Positions 1 through 10,994 of a stretch of DNA of 64,000 nucleotides are shown here, piece by piece. Below the pieces are notes generated by a model. The model saw nothing but the letters and a program-made list of their open reading frames with translations. It was not told the origin of the DNA and did no database searches. The DNA lies in contig NC_043001.1 in the NCBI RefSeq assembly GCF_006345805.1, positions 128,216,001 to 128,280,000 of the forward strand. Reading direction: 5' to 3'. The stretch is from Octopus sinensis (lineage: Eukaryota). Each line of letters starts with the position of its first letter. Within the stretch, counting starts at the first letter, position 1. The position numbers and the translations under genes were made by a program.

Positions 1-1342
1 CACAATCCACGCTGTGGTAACTGCGGATCAATAGAGTAGAATTCAGAAAGGATCTCCGTGTAATGATGAGATCCAGCTGATGCCAGTGGTGAGATCTTGG
101 ATGTCTCCAGGATGCCTTGTGGGATGGCTTGTTGGTAAAGAATGTGTTTGTGATGCACAGGTTGTGGTATGTGTAGAATTCGAGTAGTCTCTGACCATTG
201 TCATTCATGTTGCCAATACCAAAGTGTCCAACACAAATGGGCCACGAATCATGGTCAGATCCCACGCGAGCGTTAAAATCCCCTAGAAAGTAGATATTTT
301 CTATGACACAGTTGAGATCTTTGTAGAACTGGTCCTTGGTCTCCTCTGAGCTGTAGAGAGTGGGAGCATAGATGCTGAGTAGATGTACTGAGCGCCAGAA
401 GAAGTCAAGAGGCGCAGTGAGAGGATACGCTCAGTGCCTCCCGATGGTGGTTCTATTGAGGAGAGTAGTGAGTTTCTCACTGCAAAGCCAACGCCATGTT
501 GACGAGGTTCTTCTGGATCTCTTCCCTGCCAAAAGAAGGTGAAATCCTGCTCTTTGAGTTTGCCGTTTGAGGGAAGTCTTGTCTCCTGCAGCCCAGCAAT
601 ATCTATGTTGAGCCTCTTTAGTTCACGGTCAATGATGGCCGTTTTCCTTGTGTCTTCAATCCTGAGAAGATCATCAGATATTCCAGGACACATGGTCCTG
701 ACATTCCAGCTTGCCAACCGCAGAACTGGTGTTTTCTTGACTTTTAGTTGCTTGCCTGGTGCAGAGGTTGCAGGCTGCTTTTCGAGTTGTACTCTTAGCT
801 CCAAGCACCCAATGAAGCAGGTGGCTTGTGGCAGGCCAGCACCTTATTAACTGGGGGCTGCCCAGCTTGAGGTGGGCAGTAGCTAACCAATAGGACACGG
901 AAGTCCCTCCCACCGTCAGAGGTAACCCGTAGCGCCCATATTTTACGCCAATCTGAATGGACTTATCACTCGTGACTGTTACCTCCCGTGTTGTTTCTGC
1001 AGCTTTTTACAGCAGCACTGAAGTGTCCTCTCCAGTTTTGCGCAGGCCTGGGTTATAGGTAAGAAAGTCCTGGGTAGCCCAATCGTCAGGTTTCCTCTCT
1101 CGACCTTGCTGATGTAGTCCAGTGGAGTGCAGTGCATTACGTTTGGCAGCAGTTTGGTTACAGGAGCTGCCGGAAGAGTGTTGAGTCGAACACTAGACCG
1201 CCTTCAGGGCTCCACTCCGGATTTCTTTGAAGGTTGTCTCCTTTCCGTAACCCTGGATAGGGGCCCATACCGGGTACTGTCAGCCGGAGCTAGCTGAGCC
1301 CGGAACTCGTGTCAGGCAGGGTCGTCACTCCCTGAAGTAGTG
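1..1342 (-). mobile_element. RTE-clade LINE, 5' portion (5'UTR plus APE endonuclease domain with one frameshift); continues beyond the left edge
   Basis: ORF 301-804 has APE motifs LASWNVRTM, DIAGLQETR, HGVGFAV. After a frameshift near 385-400 the frame continues IYAPTL...FYKDL...LGDFNARVG...GNMNDNGQRLLEF...NTFF...WRHPRS...QLDLII to base 1. The 5' boundary is approximate. Confidence 0.9.
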
Positions 1343-2407
1343 AAAAAGTAAGATAAGTAACAAATCTTTATTGACCTTATTTTACAGAATGGTTCTTGAA
1401 CCTTTTGTAGAAGGGAGAAAATACTGGCAAGTAAATTCAAGGTAAGCGAGAATCTTGACCTTTACTGTCTTTGTAGGCAAAGATTAGTACAGGCTGGATA
1501 ATTGAAAAGATCATCTAGTGAGAATGGACTAAACAGAACAGGAGAAGACATGGGATGGAAGTGTTGCTGAAGAGGTCACAGGTGTGTGATATTTAATAAG
1601 AACTTTACAACTGAACTGTGAACAAAATGTTGGTATTTTAATTTTTCTTGAAAATGCCTTTTCTAAGAATTTATTCCGGAAGAAATTTGAAGGAGATGCT
1701 TTTCTCCAATTTCTAAATGAGAATAATTTGTTAGCACACTATATGTTGCTGCAACCATTCAAGTGTGCAACTGATGAAACTAAGTACTGGGGTTTCTATG
1801 GCAGGACCTGAGATTTTCCCCACAATGCTTTAAAAAAGCTATGTAAAGCATATGTTTTAATGTCATATTCTTGTGTAGTTTTCTTTCTCCAACTGTAAAT
1901 ATGTTTTCTTAAATCTTGCAAGCTGTGTCTCTCTAGTCATCATTCTTTCACAAACACACACTCTAGACATGTTCAGCATAGCTCAAAATGTGGTTCAGTT
2001 AGAAATGTAATTAGCTGAAGCTCTATAATTATGTGGGGTGAAGGAGGGAAAGAAGTAGAAGCATAATGTCCTCATGAACAAACAAAGTTTCTAAAACCTA
2101 AATATGACAAATTGCTAAAAAGATAAAAATAAAGAGGTTAGAGTTAATTATTTGTGCTATTATTAGAATTCACAATTAGTTGCACACTTGCACGGAATTA
2201 TGCTCAACATTTCTGTTTCAGTTTTAAAAACTACTTTGAATTTTTTTTTTAAAAGACATTTAACAGAGAGATTAATTTGACAATGAATGAAAAGTGTTAC
2301 AAAGGGAAAATGAGAGTAGACTGTTAAGCAAGTTCATCATCCATTTTATTGTTAATTGTTGAAGCAAGAACAGATTATTCCAAAGGAGTATGACAAAATA
2401 GAGCCTT

Positions 2408-2757
2408 CATCATCATCATCATCATCGTTTAACGTCCGTTCTCCGAGGCTGGCATCGGCCACGGTCGGATTGGTGCTTTTTACATGCCACCGACACGGAA
2501 GCCAGTCGAGACGGCACTGGCATCGGCCACGATTCAGATAGTGCTTTTTATGTATCTCCAGTCCAGGGGTCCTGGCATCTGCCGGGTGCCAGTCATAGGA
2601 TTGGTTCAATTTCGATTCCGATTTCACTTGCCCCAACAGGTCTTCGCAAGCAAAGGAGGGTTGGCATAGGTGCCTGTCGTCGGATGAGGTTCGATATCGA
2701 CTTCGCTTGCCTCAACAGGTCTTTGTGTGTCCAAGGGAGGAAAGGCATGCGTAAGTG
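2408..2757 (-). mobile_element. RTE LINE 3' fragment with (GAT)n tail
   Basis: (CAT)n-cgtttaacgtcc tail and ggtgctttttacgtgcc-type subrepeats, shared with the copy at 30815-31510 that still encodes an RTE C-terminus. Confidence 0.7.
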
Positions 2758-2913
2758 AAAAAAATTGAATTAACATTATAGTTTGATTCTGAAACTGAAT
2801 GTTGTGCTCCACTTGTAATTTAGTTGATCAGTTTGTGTGATGGTGTACAGATGAAAGAGATATAAAGAAAGACAGAGAAAGAGAGGGATTAAGTAAATAA
2901 ATAATAACGTTCA

Positions 2914-3325
2914 GATCTATTCGGTTTGAACGGCAGTTTTTAACATAATTTCTAGGTAACTAAAAAATTTTAAACTTCGTATACTAGTAGAATGTGTTTA
3001 TAAAACATCTTTTTCTCTTGGCTTTGAGAAAATTCTATGGTTTGTAAGATATTTGTTGTTTTTTTTCTTCAATTTCTGCAATTTCAACCAATCACTGCTG
3101 TCCATTGAGGTAAAAAACATTCTGTGCCATATGAATATGTCCCTCGTTTAAGAAACAGATTGGGTTTATTTACATTTGTGAAGAAAAAAAGATACCCTTC
3201 CCCCCACCCCTAACCCTAACCCTAAAATAGATTGAAATGCAATAGATCGATACTAGGGTCATAATTATGGGTGACAATTTCATATGATACCGCTAGAAAA
3301 AACTGCCGTTCAAACTGAAAAGATC
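2914..3325. mobile_element. Non-autonomous TIR element (MITE or Helentron-like) with internal (CCCTAA)3
   Basis: Imperfect terminal inverted repeats gatctattcggtttgaacggcagtttt / aaaaactgccgttcaaactgaaaagatc; ccctaaccctaaccctaa near 3208-3225. Confidence 0.7.
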
Positions 3326-3654
3326 CTAATGTTCTTCTACTGTGGTCAACAATGACTAAAAGACACATGGGTGTTGATGGGTTAAGAAGATGCACCTGGC
3401 TATGGTCAATTAAGCCAATGCGTGCTTGGAAGGTTCCGTTGCAAGTCAGGTACTGGTAGTCTGCTGAGAATGAAGGCAATGAGTTAGCTCTGGACTTATG
3501 CTGCTCATGTTTTCTTTGTGCTCTTGCAATCCTACTCTGATTGTAGGAGGTGGTACCTCTGTTGGTGCAGTTTTGCCATGGAGTGTTGCAGAAGATTCTT
3601 ATTAACCAATCTAACAGTTGAAAACAACTGGTATTGAACTATCCAAACCTCACA

Positions 3655-3885
3655 CATCATCATCATCGTTTAACGTCCATTCTCCATGCTAGCATGGGTT
3701 GGACGGTTCGACCGGGGATCTGGGAAGCCAGATGGCTGCACCAGGCTCCAGTCTTATATGGCAATGTTTCTACAGCCAACCACTCTGTGAGTGTATTGGG
3801 TGCTTTTTACGTGCCACCCGCACAGGTGCCAGGCGAGGCTGGCAACGGACACGGTCGGATTGGTGCTTTTTACGTGCCACCGGCC
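3655..3885 (-). mobile_element. RTE 3' tail fragment
   Basis: (CAT)n-cgtttaacgtcc...ccatgctagcatgggttggacggttc consensus seen in more than 10 copies in the window. Confidence 0.75.
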
Positions 3886-4985
3886 TGCATTTGTTTCTGT
3901 CCAGTATGATCTGTCTGACGATGGTCATCTGACACTGTTCTTTCTCTGATGAACCATTCTTCTAGCTAGCTTGTTTTTGCTGCTCTTTTATAAGCTCTGA
4001 TTTGCTCAATCAGCAATTGACTGATTTTCAGTTGACAATTTTGGATTCGTTAGAATTTTTTCAGTCAAAGAATATGATGTGTAGTTGTTGATTGACTAGA
4101 GTTTTGCCGATATCATCATATCCGCAAGATGTTTTGACAAGATTCAACATATTCCAAGTCATCTACAAAATTCTTCTGAAAAGTAAAAAAATAAACTGGT
4201 TTGATTTGAGGCAACAGATCACAGTTTAAGTTACCAATGTGATATCAGCAAATGACAGATTCATTAGAGCTAACTACAGAAGTGTATCAACCCCAATTCA
4301 ATTTTATTTCCCATAACTTGCTCAAAATACATTCATTTTTATTGAAAATTTTCAAATGCTTTTGGAGGTGTAGATTACAATTATTTTGATAATATGAAAA
4401 AAAAAAAAAAAAATTCTTGTGAAACAAAACTGGTACTTCTATTACAGAGCTGGAGACCCCACAAACTTTGGTTCCTTTGTTTGAAATCAGAATTCAGTAC
4501 AAAACTTATTTGGTGGGAAGTAGTGGGTTATGAAATTTAATCAACCGCCAAGAAATGTATAATTAGCTTCTTTAGGTTCGTATTCAATGCTTTCTAGAGA
4601 AGCTGTAACCATTAAACCTTAAAGAATACATTTTCATATTGCATTTGAGTTTATTTTATTTAGTTTATAATACTTTTTTTAACGACACCCTTTAAGTGCT
4701 AACTGTTGTAGATGTATTGTTTGGTTAATTAACCAAACGTTGTTATTGTACTACTAGATCCTCAGACCCATTATTCTAATCATGGTAATTTATCATTAAA
4801 CATTTGAAGACTTTTCTGTCACTATATCTCTATTTTTCTTTGACGTATTCTTGAAGCAAATTGACTGATTTTCAGTTGACAATTTTGGATTCGTTAGAAA
4901 AACATTCGGAAAGGATAAATACGAAACGTGTATATTTGAATAATAGTTTATCTGCCGGTTGCCGGTGTAAACACGTTTTCCCAAC

Positions 4986-5047
4986 ATGTCATCTTACGGT
5001 TTGCCGTCGAGCTCCTGGCAGCCTTCATTTGTTACATTTGAAACGAC
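4986..5047 (+). CDS. PPIL1: Peptidyl-prolyl cis-trans isomerase-like 1, coding exon 1 (MSSYGLPSSSWQPSFVTFET-T)
   Basis: ATG at 4986; SWQP...ET matches the PPIL1 N-terminus (human DSWQPPNVYLETS); phase-2 donor GTGAGC at 5048 joins exon 2 in frame. Confidence 0.88.
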
Positions 5048-5111
5048 GTGAGCCTCATTTATTTTTATATTCTCGTATTATTAGTGTCAAATCTTAGGAT
5101 AGTTGAAATTA

Positions 5112-5513
5112 TTGGCAATCTTTCGTCTCTAGTAGACCTTTCCGTCGATTTCCGTAAAAAAATTTTTTTTTTACATATGGGCTTGCGGGAACTTTTGAAG
5201 TAACGAGAGCGAAAGAGACTAAGAGAAAGCGATTGTATGACGAGGGAAGTTCTTTTGAAGTTACCGTCCATGTGTGTGTGTGTTTGATGGGGTGTGGGAG
5301 ACAGACAGTATGTTGTGTAAGTGAAGTGCTTCTGTTAGTGTGTGTGAAGAGACAGAGTAATGTGTGAAAGAAAGAGATAACTGAAATTTTTTACTCGGTG
5401 TATGTGTATATGTATGTATATTACTTCAAAAGTTCCCGCAAGCCCATATGTAAAAAAAAAAAAAAATTTACGGAAATCGACGGAAAGGTCTACTAGAGAC
5501 GAAAGATCGCCAA
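5112..5513. mobile_element. MITE with about 92-bp TIRs in PPIL1 intron 1
   Basis: 5112-5203 and 5421-5513 are near-perfect reverse complements (cgtctctagtagacctttccgtcgatttccgta...ttacatatgggcttgcgggaacttttgaagtaa). Confidence 0.85.
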
Positions 5514-5707
5514 AATATTTTAATTTTCAGTTGTCACACGAAAGAGAACTCACTTCTGAGGAGTATCTCGTAACATTTACCGATTTGGTAATAGATTCTC
5601 TACTAATTTAGATAATTTGTGAGTTTTTTTGGGTTTTTTTCCCCTCGAAGCTAAAAACTAATTTGTTATTATTCTTAAAAAATAATATCATTTTCGTGTC
5701 GGCTGAT

Positions 5708-5784
5708 GTAAAGAATACGCACAGCAGCCGTCTTACGGCGTAACCCAATCCTAATCCTAAACACCAGGTGTGCGTATTCTTTAC
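5708..5784. repeat. 15-bp perfect inverted repeat around a degenerate taaccc/taatcc core (small non-autonomous element)
   Basis: gtaaagaatacgcac (5708-5722) / gtgcgtattctttac (5770-5784). Confidence 0.7.
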
Positions 5785-5811
5785 TTTCGCCTTTCGTGCC
5801 TATACAAATAG

Positions 5812-5940
5812 GTGGCAGAATCGTTAGCACGCCGAGTAAAGTGCTTAGCGGCATTCGTCCGTCGTCACGTTCGAAGTTCAAATTCCGCCGAGGTCGACTT
5901 TTCCTTTCACCTTTTCAGGGTCGATAAAATAAGTACCGGT
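5812..5940 (+). mobile_element. SINE family 2 (ggcggcgagctggcagaa head), partial
   Basis: Matches the full copy at 32045-32274 (gttcaaattccgccgaggtcgacttt...gggtcgat). Confidence 0.8.
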
Positions 5941-6334
5941 AAATTTTCATTTTCAGAGTAACACAGGTAAAAATTCAGACAAACTGCTACTTACCTCTTG
6001 CTGTCAAAAGAAATGGATTAATTCTCAGCAAAACATACTTTTATGCTAGACCAACGTTTTACGAAAAAACAAAAATCTTTCGCGCGCAAACTAATTTTTA
6101 TGTGTAGTGGGGTTTGTGTCGAAAAAAAAAAGTTGGGGTTTGGCGGGTACAAAAGGAAGTCTTGCCCATGCTATATATGTTTACATTTTACCTGCCTACA
6201 CACACGCTATTATATACACAAAATAATATATTATTTAATAACGAACTATGTAATTCACACCCTGGAAATTTTATTTCTGTAAAATGTTGGGAGTGGGTAA
6301 AATTTCCGAGGCTTCCACCGCACCCCACCCGGTT

Positions 6335-6815
6335 TTTCGGACCGCAAAAAGGGTTTTGTGACATATTAGGATGTCACGGGAATTCATTCAATGAAAAAAA
6401 ATTTTCCAGTGATTCCAAGACGGGGGGGGGGGAAGGTCTTTCCCTTTTGCCCCTCTTTTCTGAACCAAAATAAGGGATTTGCAGCATATTAGGAGGTCAG
6501 AGTACTTAATTCCACGCCAAAAAATCCGATTTTTTTTCTTTCCCATAGTGAAAATTCCGGGATGGGATGGGTGGGTATCCCCTTGGCCCCCCCTTTCCCG
6601 AACCAAAATAAGGGATTTGCAGCATATTAGGAGATCCGGGTACTTGATTCCACGTAAAAAAATCCGAATTTTTTTTTTCCTTAGTGAAAATTCTGGGGGT
6701 GGAGGGGTCACCCCCTCCCTTCTGGACCAAAATATGGGATTTGCAGCATATTACAAGGTCAGGGTACTTGATTCCACGCAAAAAATCCGATTTTTTTTTT
6801 CTTAGTGAAAATCGT
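6335..6815. repeat. Minisatellite, about four copies of a 124-138 bp unit
   Basis: Recurrent accaaaataagggatttgcagcatatta...gtacttgattccacg..aaaaaatccga at about 6462, 6600 and 6725, plus a diverged copy near 6338. Confidence 0.85.
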
Positions 6816-7535
6816 GCGGGTGTTACTATGAAAATTTACCTACGTGGACCTAAGTACCAGTTAAACACTGGATTGATGTAATCAATCTCCCACCTCTCCG
6901 AAATTGCTGGCTTTATGCCAAAACTCAAAACGACTAAAACAATTTTTTCTTAACTCTAATAATCAACATAAGCATGACTTTTTCGAAACCAACGTTAGCA
7001 ATTCTTCAGAGGTATTTGAAACTTAAACGAAAGCTGTTGTAAGAAGCTTCAAAATAAAACTTATTCAAGTAGCTCTGATAATAAACTAAAAACAAAAATA
7101 ATACAACGTAAATATGAGATTTATAAAGAAACAGTAATATTGTGATTTCTTTGTTGGCATGACACTCTTTTACTCTCTTTTACTTGTTTCAATCATTTGA
7201 CTGCGGCCATGGGATATGCACTCACATAGCATGGACTGCTAAGCACATTTTATGAAAATGAGACTACCATGCTCACATAAAAAACCAAAAAATAGTCAAA
7301 ATATCTTCTTAGTATATAATGGTGGCAAGTTTTACTTTACATCATCTGAAAAGTCATAGGTGACATTAGACCCCAACAAACGCCCATAAGTTATGATAAA
7401 CCATAAAGGGTTTGATATAAAAGACAATCTGAGTAATGTGACTGAAGAAATGAGTGACTATTGTACAGTTTGTATCAAAGAAATGCAGTAACAGGGATGA
7501 CTAATTTTCCAAGTCATCAAGTAGGAAAACATTAT

Positions 7536-7756
7536 CCCTTTCGTTACTAACCTGGCCAAAACCGGCTCTGGCTCTGTAGTACAAATGTCTTGTTTCTATA
7601 AGTTTTGCATCAAAATATACCACCAAACCTTAGTCGCAATTTATATTCCTAATACTAGCTTAATGATAACTAAGTTATTTTACTAAATTCTTTGTTATAT
7701 CTAAAATAATTGAAAGAAACACAGAGCATATCAAAATAAATACAGTAACGAAAGGG
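7536..7756. mobile_element. piggyBac-type MITE with TTAT target duplication
   Basis: TIR ccctttcgttac / gtaacgaaaggg, flanked by TTAT on both sides; homologous to the copy at 16859-17079. Confidence 0.85.
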
Positions 7757-7946
7757 TTATAGAGCAAATGTTTTTGTTCAACATTGAATATATTAATCTA
7801 GCTTTGTATTTATTTATTCAATTTGTATATCTTTAAAAACCATCCTTAGGTCATTAACAAATGAAAAAGAATTGATTTTTATCTCATTCAACTACAATAA
7901 ATACTAAATGACATTTCATATATTTTTTTTCTTTTTGATTTTAAAG

Positions 7947-8101
7947 AATGGGCAGTATCACGTTTGAGCTGTACTGGAAACATGCTCCAAAAACATGTCG
8001 TAATTTTGCAGAACTTTCTAGACGAGGTTACTATAATGGTACAAAATTTCACCGAGTCATAAAAGATTTTATGATTCAAGGAGGTGACCCTACTGGAACA
8101 G
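7947..8101 (+). CDS. PPIL1: PPIL1 coding exon 2 ([51 protein letters not shown])
   Basis: Polypyrimidine tract and AG at 7945-7946, donor GTGAG at 8102; cyclophilin motif [14 protein letters not shown]. Confidence 0.97.
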
Positions 8102-8309
8102 GTGAGAGTATTTCTTTTGCCCTCAACATTTTGTATTTTTCCATGTTACCTATTTTTTTTTTTTAAATTAAGATTGGTAATTATTTTTATATTAAATTAG
8201 CTTTATTATTCCAATGGTTATATTAGACCAGTGGTTCACAACCTGGGGTCTGCAGACCCTTGATGGTCTGCAAAGGTAGTACTGGGGGTCTGAACTAAAT
8301 TCAAAATTT

Positions 8310-8479
8310 CATATATATGACGGGCTTCTTTCAGTTTCCGTCTACCAAATCCACTCACAAGGCTTTGGTCGGCCTGAGGCTAGTAGATGACACTTACCCA
8401 AGGTGCCACGCAGTGGGACTGAACCCAGACCCATGTGGTTGGTATGCAAGCTACTTACCACAAAGCCACTCCTGTGCCT
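8310..8479 (-). mobile_element. tRNA-derived SINE family 1, 5' half
   Basis: Reverse complement begins aggcacaggagtggctttgtggtaagtagc...ggttcagtcccactgcgtggcaccttggg, with A/B-box-like segments. Confidence 0.85.
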
Positions 8480-8595
8480 AATTGTGTAATGTTAAAAGAT
8501 ATGATTGCTGACCTGTTCTTTAGCATTAATTATAGTAATGACTTACTTATCAGTTTCATATTTTTCATCTCTTAATTGATATTTTTTGATGAAAG

Positions 8596-8664
8596 GTCGA
8601 GGTGGAGCATCAATTTATGGCAAACATTTTGAGGATGAAATTTCAGATGACTTGAAACATACAG
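8596..8664 (+). CDS. PPIL1: PPIL1 coding exon 3 (GRGGASIYGKHFEDEISDDLKHT)
   Basis: AG at 8594-8595, donor GTAAAT at 8665; 69 nt, keeps frame; GGASIYG..FEDE motif. Confidence 0.95.
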
Positions 8665-8779
8665 GTAAATACATGACTTCTAACAATTTTTTTTTGATAC
8701 TAGTATGAGTTTAAAGAGTACTTATTATTTAGGCATTATTTTACAGTCAGATGAGCTTCTTGTTTCTAACCCTTGCTTG

Positions 8780-9050
8780 ATTTTCAAGTAGGAGGCTGCA
8801 CTAGGTTCCAGTTTGATTTTGTATGGTTTCTATGGCTGGATGTTCTTCCTAACACCAACCACTCCAAGAGTGTCATGGGTGCTTTTTATGTGCTAAGTAC
8901 ATGACACCAGCATCAACCACGACTACGATTTCACTTGGCTTGACAGGTTTTCTCAAGCACGGCATATCACCAAAGGTCTTGGTTACTTATCACTGCCTCC
9001 TTGAGGCTCAATGTTCAAAGGGTGCTTTCTACATTCCACCAATACTGGTG
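8780..9050 (-). mobile_element. Degenerate RTE 3' fragment in PPIL1 intron 3
   Basis: ggatgttcttcctaacaccaaccactcc...gactacgatttcacttggcttgacagg, matching 30815-31510. Confidence 0.65.
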
Positions 9051-9770
9051 CCAGTTATGTGACACTGGCTGGATTGTTTTATTCCATTCAACTTCAAACC
9101 TCAGAGTGGTTTGTTAGGAGGCAATGTCACCAATTTTCACTAAAACAGTTTCCATATAGAGATGCAGGATATGCACATGCACACACACACTCATGTAGAT
9201 ACATGCTCCCGATGGGCTTCCATACAGTTTCTCCTTACTGATTCCATGCACGAAGCACTGGTCAACCTAAGGCTACTATAGAACACACTTACTCAAGGTG
9301 CCATGCCATAAGATAGAACTCAAAACCTCATAGTTACAAAGCAAATTCGTTACCTACACAAGTATACCTGCATCTGTGTGAAATATATTAAAATTCTTCA
9401 ATGGTTTAAACTTTATTTGCTTTTTATTTACTCCTCCTTTATTAGTTAATATGTATTATTTATAGGATGCTTTAAGGTAGGGATAGGTGATCAATGTCTG
9501 AACCAGTGGTTCTTAACCATTTATTTTTGTAGCCCTCCACCCCATCCTTAAGTAGCTGTAATGCCTGGCACCCATCTAAGTGGTGGGTGAGGTATCACGA
9601 CTAAACTAACTTAGCATGGATGATAATTTATAAGGAGATGTACTCGCATAGCAAGTAATTTGATCTGAGATCGTGTGCTGAAACGAAAACAATTGCAGCG
9701 TGGAAGGTGTTTGTAAGCCATTTAAGAAACACACAAAAGCCGTTCGATTCACTTCAACATTTAAGTTTAA

Positions 9771-9822
9771 TTTGTCAAAATATTTTCGTCGCTATATGAC
9801 CGCGACCTGTTCACTGACAAAA
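9771..9822 (-). ncRNA. Putative minimal type I hammerhead ribozyme, G3-C8 variant (mirror copy)
   Basis: Reverse complement ttttgtca GTGAACA G gtcgc ggtcatata gcgac GAAA ATATTT tgacaaa. Confidence 0.55.
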
Positions 9823-9839
9823 AGAGATGCAGCACAGAT

Positions 9840-9892
9840 TTTTGTCAGTGAACAGGTCGCAGTCTTATAGCGACGAAAATATTTTGACAAAA
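9840..9892 (+). ncRNA. Putative minimal type I hammerhead ribozyme, G3-C8 variant
   Basis: Stem I ttttgtca/tgacaaaa; core GTGAACA plus an extra G; stem II gtcgc/gcgac; GAAA; palindromic stem III AATATT; predicted cleavage after U9884. Confidence 0.6.
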
Positions 9893-10209
9893 TAAACTTA
9901 AATGTTGAAGTGAATCGAACGGCTTTTGTGTGTTTCTTAAATGGCTTACAAACACCTTCCACGCTGCAATTGTTAACTTATAAGTTTTTACTCTAAAAAT
10001 GGATTGTATGAGCTTTTAACAGTGAAATGATAAAAAAAAATAATAATAAAGGCAAAAATTGTAAATATACGTTATACATTGCAAGTTAATGACTTCTTTG
10101 TGCCTGATAAGATCTCATTTTATTTTAATAACCATTACTAGTTTTATCATGTATAATATAATTACTGCTATAGGTAAAATTTAGTATGTTAATTTCTAAT
10201 AAGTGAGAA

Positions 10210-10705
10210 TTTGTTAGAAGGCCTCCAGGAAAGCGAATCGGTCCATGTTCCACAACAAAAACAGTGAAGTTTGGGGTTAAGAGACTGATTCTTTATGGAT
10301 ACATAAAAAGTGATGGGTCAAAAATGTTGGTCAAAATTTACGGTAACTTGAGTAGTGTCAAATACATCCAGTTGCTGAAGGACAGTTTGATAGCAGACTT
10401 GGATGAAGGGGAGACTTGACAGAGCTACAGATTGCATGCAACACAGTCTGGTTAACGAAGGTGTTACCGTATTGAAAGATTGGCCAGCTCAGAGCTCTGA
10501 CTTAAATATCATTGAGTAAATGTGGACAGAACTAAAGAGAAGAGTTTGTCAAGAATCCACACAATCTTGAAGAGTTGTGGGAGCTCAGCCACTGAGAATG
10601 GCATCTTATACCTGTGAAGATGGTGTAGGATTTGTATGTATCTCTTTCCAGGCACACTGAAACAATTATTCAAGCTAAGGGAAGCCACAATAACTGTTAA
10701 CAATG
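10210..10705 (+). pseudogene. Tc1-family transposase remnant
   Basis: Broken frames give TVKFGVKRLILYGYI...KYIQLLKD and KDWPAQSSDLNIIE*MWTELKRRV (WPxxSPDLNxIE motif). Confidence 0.8.
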
Positions 10706-10994
10706 TACAGTAACTTCTTGAAATGAAAATTATGTAATAAATTTTTATTATAGACATTTTTTCTGTTTTAAAACACTGTATCTTGATTGGTTTATTTGAA
10801 GTGGCCGAGAACTTTTGCATGGCCATTTTTGATGGTCGTCTCACATCTTCCCCTCTCATTTACAACCCCTACTACAAAATATAATGATTAGGTATGGAAA
10901 TGACTCCAACAGGGCCAATGTTTCATCTGTAAAAAATGCAATGCAAAACATCCACTTACTAGTTGGCAATTAGTAGAAATTGTTAGGCGACAAG

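Larger units (their letters stand above)
9688..9974. repeat. 136-bp near-perfect inverted repeat with a 15-nt loop (inverted Penelope-like terminal repeats)
   Basis: 9688-9823 versus 9839-9974, three mismatches counted by eye. Confidence 0.92.

Noticed and set aside
1477-1581. Second candidate exon after 1388-1441
   Set aside because: It would need a 35-nt intron, and all three frames stop early.
3208-3225. (CCCTAA)3 as an interstitial telomere
   Set aside because: Only three units, internal to a TIR element.
5957-5966. 10-nt micro-exon (ttttcag|agtaacacag|gtaaaa) in PPIL1 intron 1
   Set aside because: It would frameshift the CDS, which is already complete without it, and such signals are common in AT-rich introns.
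6975-7015. Hammerhead-like ctgaaga...cgaaa on the - strand
   Set aside because: Stem II and stem I do not pair convincingly.
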